Assembly: GCA_963796285.1 (NCBI GenBank)
Contig: CAWCKW010000013.1
Location: 512,001 to 576,000, forward strand
Reading direction: 5' to 3'
Source: Nitrospirota bacterium
GTDB lineage: Bacteria; Nitrospirota; UBA9217
Length of the DNA: 64,000 nt
Of this stretch, positions 60,710 through 64,000 are shown piece by piece. The translations under genes and the position numbers were made by a program. Below the pieces are notes generated by a model. That model was not told where the DNA came from and did no database searches. It was given only the letters and a program-made list of their open reading frames with translations. Each line of letters starts with the position of its first letter. Within the stretch, counting starts at the first letter, position 1.

Positions 60710-62008
60710 TCACCGTTTCCTCCTTATCAAGTTCACCGAGAGCAGAATGAACATGCTCTTAGCCACGTCAAAATCACTCAGAAAAAGCATCTCGATGATC
60801 TCCTGGATGGTCCGCCTGCCATTGATGAGCGAGAACACCTTCAGATCGACGTCACTCATCCCCCGCGTCGTGAGCTCCTCGGCATTTCCGATCATGGGTT
60901 CAAATACCATATTGAAATCCGGGATCTTTTTCTGGATGAGGCTCCACTCATCCGCCCGCCGGGCGCCCTCCAACAGCAGATCGTCCACGTTGATCTGGAC
61001 CGGGGCCGCGAAGACCGGGGCACTGGTCTTTTCAAAATAAAAGTCTCCGTCCTTCCAAGCCATGGCCTTGTATACCGCCGACTCGGTATGTTGCCTGAGG
61101 CATTCGGCAAAGGCCTTGTGGCCGATCATTTTTTCCCGGAAGAGAACCATGTCAACCGGCTGTGAGGTCATTTCCGCGATGCGCAGCACATACCGGAGAC
61201 TGTCCTCGTCTATCCTGCAGGACTTCCTGAGCAATGCCTCCACCGAGGTACCGTTCCCGTTGCTGTTCTCCGAAGCAAAGACCACCAATCCGTCCTTAAA
61301 ATAAATTTCGACGGCGTCTCCCGGACGATTGATGACCACCCGGCCGGTCTGGCACTGGAGTCCGAGCCTCTTCATCACGTCCACGATCCGGATGCTCGCC
61401 AGGTTCCCCTGGATGCCCGCAGTGACCGCTCCATCTTGTGCTTTGGCCAGCTCCTGTCGGATGATATCGGGAAGCTTCGTTTTTACAAATGCGTCAAACA
61501 CCTGCTCGACCATGGAGCGCACCATGGCCTCAATCCCAGCCCTTGGCGGCGCCATACCCGATAACGGTGACAACACAGCGGGCCTGCTCTCTCTCGGGGG
61601 TTCGGGGGGAGGCGGTGGTGGAGTCTGTGCTTCTCTTCGCTTGTCGATGACGTCCCGGATCTTGGCGAGAAGTTCATTGGGCTGGAACGGTTTCGTAAAA
61701 AAATCGGTAATACCGAGGGCATCGACAAACTTGCTGCCGACCTTATCGCCCTTGGAGGTCACGAGGATAATGGGGGTATCCTTGAAATCCGGGTCATCCT
61801 TCAGGATCTTGCAGACCTGGAACCCGTTCATCTTCGGCATAACGAAGTCAACGAGGATCACGGCGGGCCGTTCTGACCGGGCCTTTGCAATACCCTCCTC
61901 GCCGTCTGACGCGAGGATGACCTCGTAGCCCTGCGAGGCCAGGATCATTTCGATAAGCCGCTGTACGGTCGGGCTGTCGTCAATATCGAGTATTTTTTCC
62001 CCTGCCAT
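60710..62008 (-). CDS. REC + DUF4388 (PATAN-like) regulator
   Basis: N-terminal REC. GIQGNLASIRIVDV, IYFKDGLVVFA, WKDGDFYF, LLEGARRADEW. Confidence 0.82.
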   Translation of the reverse strand: MAGEKILDIDDSPTVQRLIEMILASQGYEVILASDGEEGIAKARSERPAVILVDFVMPKMNGFQVCKILKDDPDFKDTPIILVTSKGDKVGSKFVDALGITDFFTKPFQPNELLAKIRDVIDKRREAQTPPPPPPEPPRESRPAVLSPLSGMAPPRAGIEAMVRSMVEQVFDAFVKTKLPDIIRQELAKAQDGAVTAGIQGNLASIRIVDVMKRLGLQCQTGRVVINRPGDAVEIYFKDGLVVFASENSNGNGTSVEALLRKSCRIDEDSLRYVLRIAEMTSQPVDMVLFREKMIGHKAFAECLRQHTESAVYKAMAWKDGDFYFEKTSAPVFAAPVQINVDDLLLEGARRADEWSLIQKKIPDFNMVFEPMIGNAEELTTRGMSDVDLKVFSLINGRRTIQEIIEMLFLSDFDVAKSMFILLSVNLIRRKR

Positions 62009-62250
62009 AAATGACCCCGTGCTTTCTTGCGAATATTAGCACGGCGGAAAAGCTATTGTCAACAGCTTAAACCTCAGGGGCAAAGAAGCAATTGTTGATG
62101 AGCAGGGATTTCAGAGGCAAGGGGAAAATTGCCGCGGCACTCTTTGAAAAGGGACCTTTTGAGGGGTTATCGAGAGTCGGCTGCATTGCTGGATCGGATG
62201 CATCCTTCATCCACCAGATAAGACAGATGACTCAATTAAAATGAATGAAC

Positions 62251-62292
62251 TCCCCCGTCGGCCCTGTTTAGCAAGGGGGGATGGGGGGATTT
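62251..62292. repeat. GC-palindromic intergenic repeat (CCCCC...GGGGGGATGGGGGGATTT family)
   Basis: TCCCCCGTCGGCCCTGTTTAGCAAGGGGGGATGGGGGGATTT. Confidence 0.45.
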
Positions 62293-62450
62293 GAACAACT
62301 TTGATGTCCTGATTTCACATTGTGTAATAGCAGTTATTGCGTTTGTTGTACGTGCCGTGTTTGTGCCGGACCCTAAAGACAATCGGACGGAAAGAGGTCC
62401 CGTGACCGAGAGTACATAAGACCTCTTCTCCCGATGTCTTTTCTTTCGTC

Positions 62451-63401
62451 CTAACCCAGCTGGGTGCCGTCCTTGAGGTCTTCGTAAAACCGCCTGAGGT
62501 CGGGGAGTTTCTCCGCGGACATGGCCTTCATCCCGCTTCTGGGGTGTTCGTTCAGGATGCCGGTGATCATGTACGGGATATGGTATCCCCACTCCACCTT
62601 TGCTTTCATAGGGATGAAGATCTCCTGAATGATGGAGATGATCGGCCGAATGTCGAACTTCGGGTTCTTGAGGAACGAGAGCAGAAGTTCCGTAGGACAG
62701 TTACCCGCGCCCCGCCCCATTCCATAGATGGTCGAATCGAGGCGGTTGATCCCCGCGACAATCCCGTCTATCGTGTTCGAAAAGGCGAGCTGCTGGTTGT
62801 TGTGGGTATGGATGCCAAGCTCCTTGCCCGGAAGCGCTTCGCGGTATTTCTTCGCAAAGAAATGGACCTGCTCCGAATACATGGCGCCGAAGCTGTCAAC
62901 GAGGTAGATGACCGGCACCTCGCTTTTCGCAAGGTCCTCAAGCGCTTCATCCAGCTCTTTTTCGAGGACCTTCGAGACCGCCATGAGGTTGATCGTGGTC
63001 TCGTAGCCCTTCTCCATGCAGTGGTGAGCAAGGCTTATCGCCTTGTCGACCTCTTTTGCATAGCAGGCCACCCGGATCATATCAAGGGCGCTTTCGCTCT
63101 TCTTGGGAATGTCCTCGTGTTCGATGCGGCCGATGTCCGCCATGGCGGACAATTTCATCGTCGTGTCCAGGCCGCCGACAACCCGTTTCAGGTCATCTTC
63201 GGAGCAAAACTTCCATGCGCCGTTCTCGGCCCGGGAGAAGCATTTCTCCGAGGACTTGTAGCCTATCTCCATATAATCGACGCCGGCCTGCGACAGGGCG
63301 ATATAGACCTTCCGGACAAAATCATCGTTGAACTGCCACTGGTTGATCAAGCCGCCGTCACGGACCGTACAATCAAGGACCTTTATCTGTGGACGAAACA
63401 C
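62451..63401 (-). CDS. DRE-TIM (HMGL-like / 4-hydroxy-2-oxovalerate aldolase-like) protein
   Basis: LDCTVRDGG, VDSFG, HTHNN, GMGRGAGN. GTG start after GGAGG. Confidence 0.85.
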   Translation of the reverse strand: MFRPQIKVLDCTVRDGGLINQWQFNDDFVRKVYIALSQAGVDYMEIGYKSSEKCFSRAENGAWKFCSEDDLKRVVGGLDTTMKLSAMADIGRIEHEDIPKKSESALDMIRVACYAKEVDKAISLAHHCMEKGYETTINLMAVSKVLEKELDEALEDLAKSEVPVIYLVDSFGAMYSEQVHFFAKKYREALPGKELGIHTHNNQQLAFSNTIDGIVAGINRLDSTIYGMGRGAGNCPTELLLSFLKNPKFDIRPIISIIQEIFIPMKAKVEWGYHIPYMITGILNEHPRSGMKAMSAEKLPDLRRFYEDLKDGTQLG

Positions 63402-63489
63402 TGTGGATACCTCCCAAAATATGAATATTTCCTGCCCCCCAAATGATGAGGAACGCCTCATTATACACAATTCCCCCGTGAATGTGAAG

Positions 63490-64000
63490 TCAGGTTTTAG
63501 TCCGCGACCCTTCGACCTTCCCGACAAAACTCCTCGCCAGCCCGGCAATGGAAGCCCAGTCCTTCGCTGCCACGAGATCGCGCCTGATGATTGCCGCGCC
63601 GACGAGGATCGCCGCAGCATCGGCTGCGAGGTAGTTGGATATGTTCTCAAGGGTCGCCCCGCCGCATAGCATATAGGGGATAAAAGGCAGCGGCCCCCTG
63701 ATCGCCTTGAGAAAATCGAGGCCGCCGATCTCGACAAAGGGGAAGAGCTTGATGATATCTCCGCCTGCCTTGTAGGCCCGGTAGATCTCGGTCGGCGTGC
63801 ACGCGCCGGGGATCGAGATAACGCCTTCCTTTTTCGCGAACGTCACCACCTCTTCGTCAAAGGCGGGGCTCACCAGGTACGAGGCCCCGGCCTTCAGGGC
63901 CTTTCTCGCATCATCAACGCTCAGGACCGTACCGGCCCCGACCACGACCCGTTCGTCTCCGCTCATGCGACTGATGACCTCATCCGCCCCCGGCACCGAG
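63490..64000 (-). CDS. eda: KDPG/KHG aldolase family, 5' end outside window
   Basis: VGAGTVL, GASYLVSP, PGACTPTEI, IKLFP. Confidence 0.85.
   Translation of the reverse strand, partial: SVPGADEVISRMSGDERVVVGAGTVLSVDDARKALKAGASYLVSPAFDEEVVTFAKKEGVISIPGACTPTEIYRAYKAGGDIIKLFPFVEIGGLDFLKAIRGPLPFIPYMLCGGATLENISNYLAADAAAILVGAAIIRRDLVAAKDWASIAGLARSFVGKVEGSRTKT

Overview
GC-rich bacterial chromosomal segment. Gene content suggests an anaerobic Nitrospirota/Desulfobacterota-like organism (inference). Several stretches carry 1-nt indels, including essential valS, so these are probably assembly errors. Left to right: (i) a minus-strand cooC / 5-formyl-THF cyclo-ligase / folE / GltD-like oxidoreductase operon, with divergent rlmN; (ii) a 14-gene chemosensory operon (DUF4388-GAF, CheY, CheA, ExeA-like ATPase, CheW, three long MCPs, CheW, HEAT protein, CheR, CheB, GAF protein, CheY), in which one MCP has a CxxCH heme sensor and one has a C-terminal PhnD-like domain; (iii) housekeeping genes (yajQ, lolA, recQ, rlmA-like, HU, csp, ftsK, uppP); (iv) an accessory, partly AT-rich plus-strand cluster at 33.8-42.7 kb: PhcB-like SAM methyltransferase, FabG, catalytically degenerate KS (CLF-like), FabZ, active KS, ACP, CrtI-like FAD oxidoreductase and a multi-TM hybrid sensor kinase. 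This is the best candidate for an undescribed system, a dedicated fatty-acid-methyl-ester signal synthase plus cognate receptor; (v) galT, coaX, birA, nadC, valS; (vi) a RomR-like regulator with a repeat expansion downstream of a Pil-Chp-like chemosensory operon; (vii) two aldolase-family genes. Many spacers contain short 7/9-mer and REP-like palindromic repeats, and two heptamer arrays sit in frame inside valS. No rRNA, tRNA, CRISPR array or transposase was recognised.
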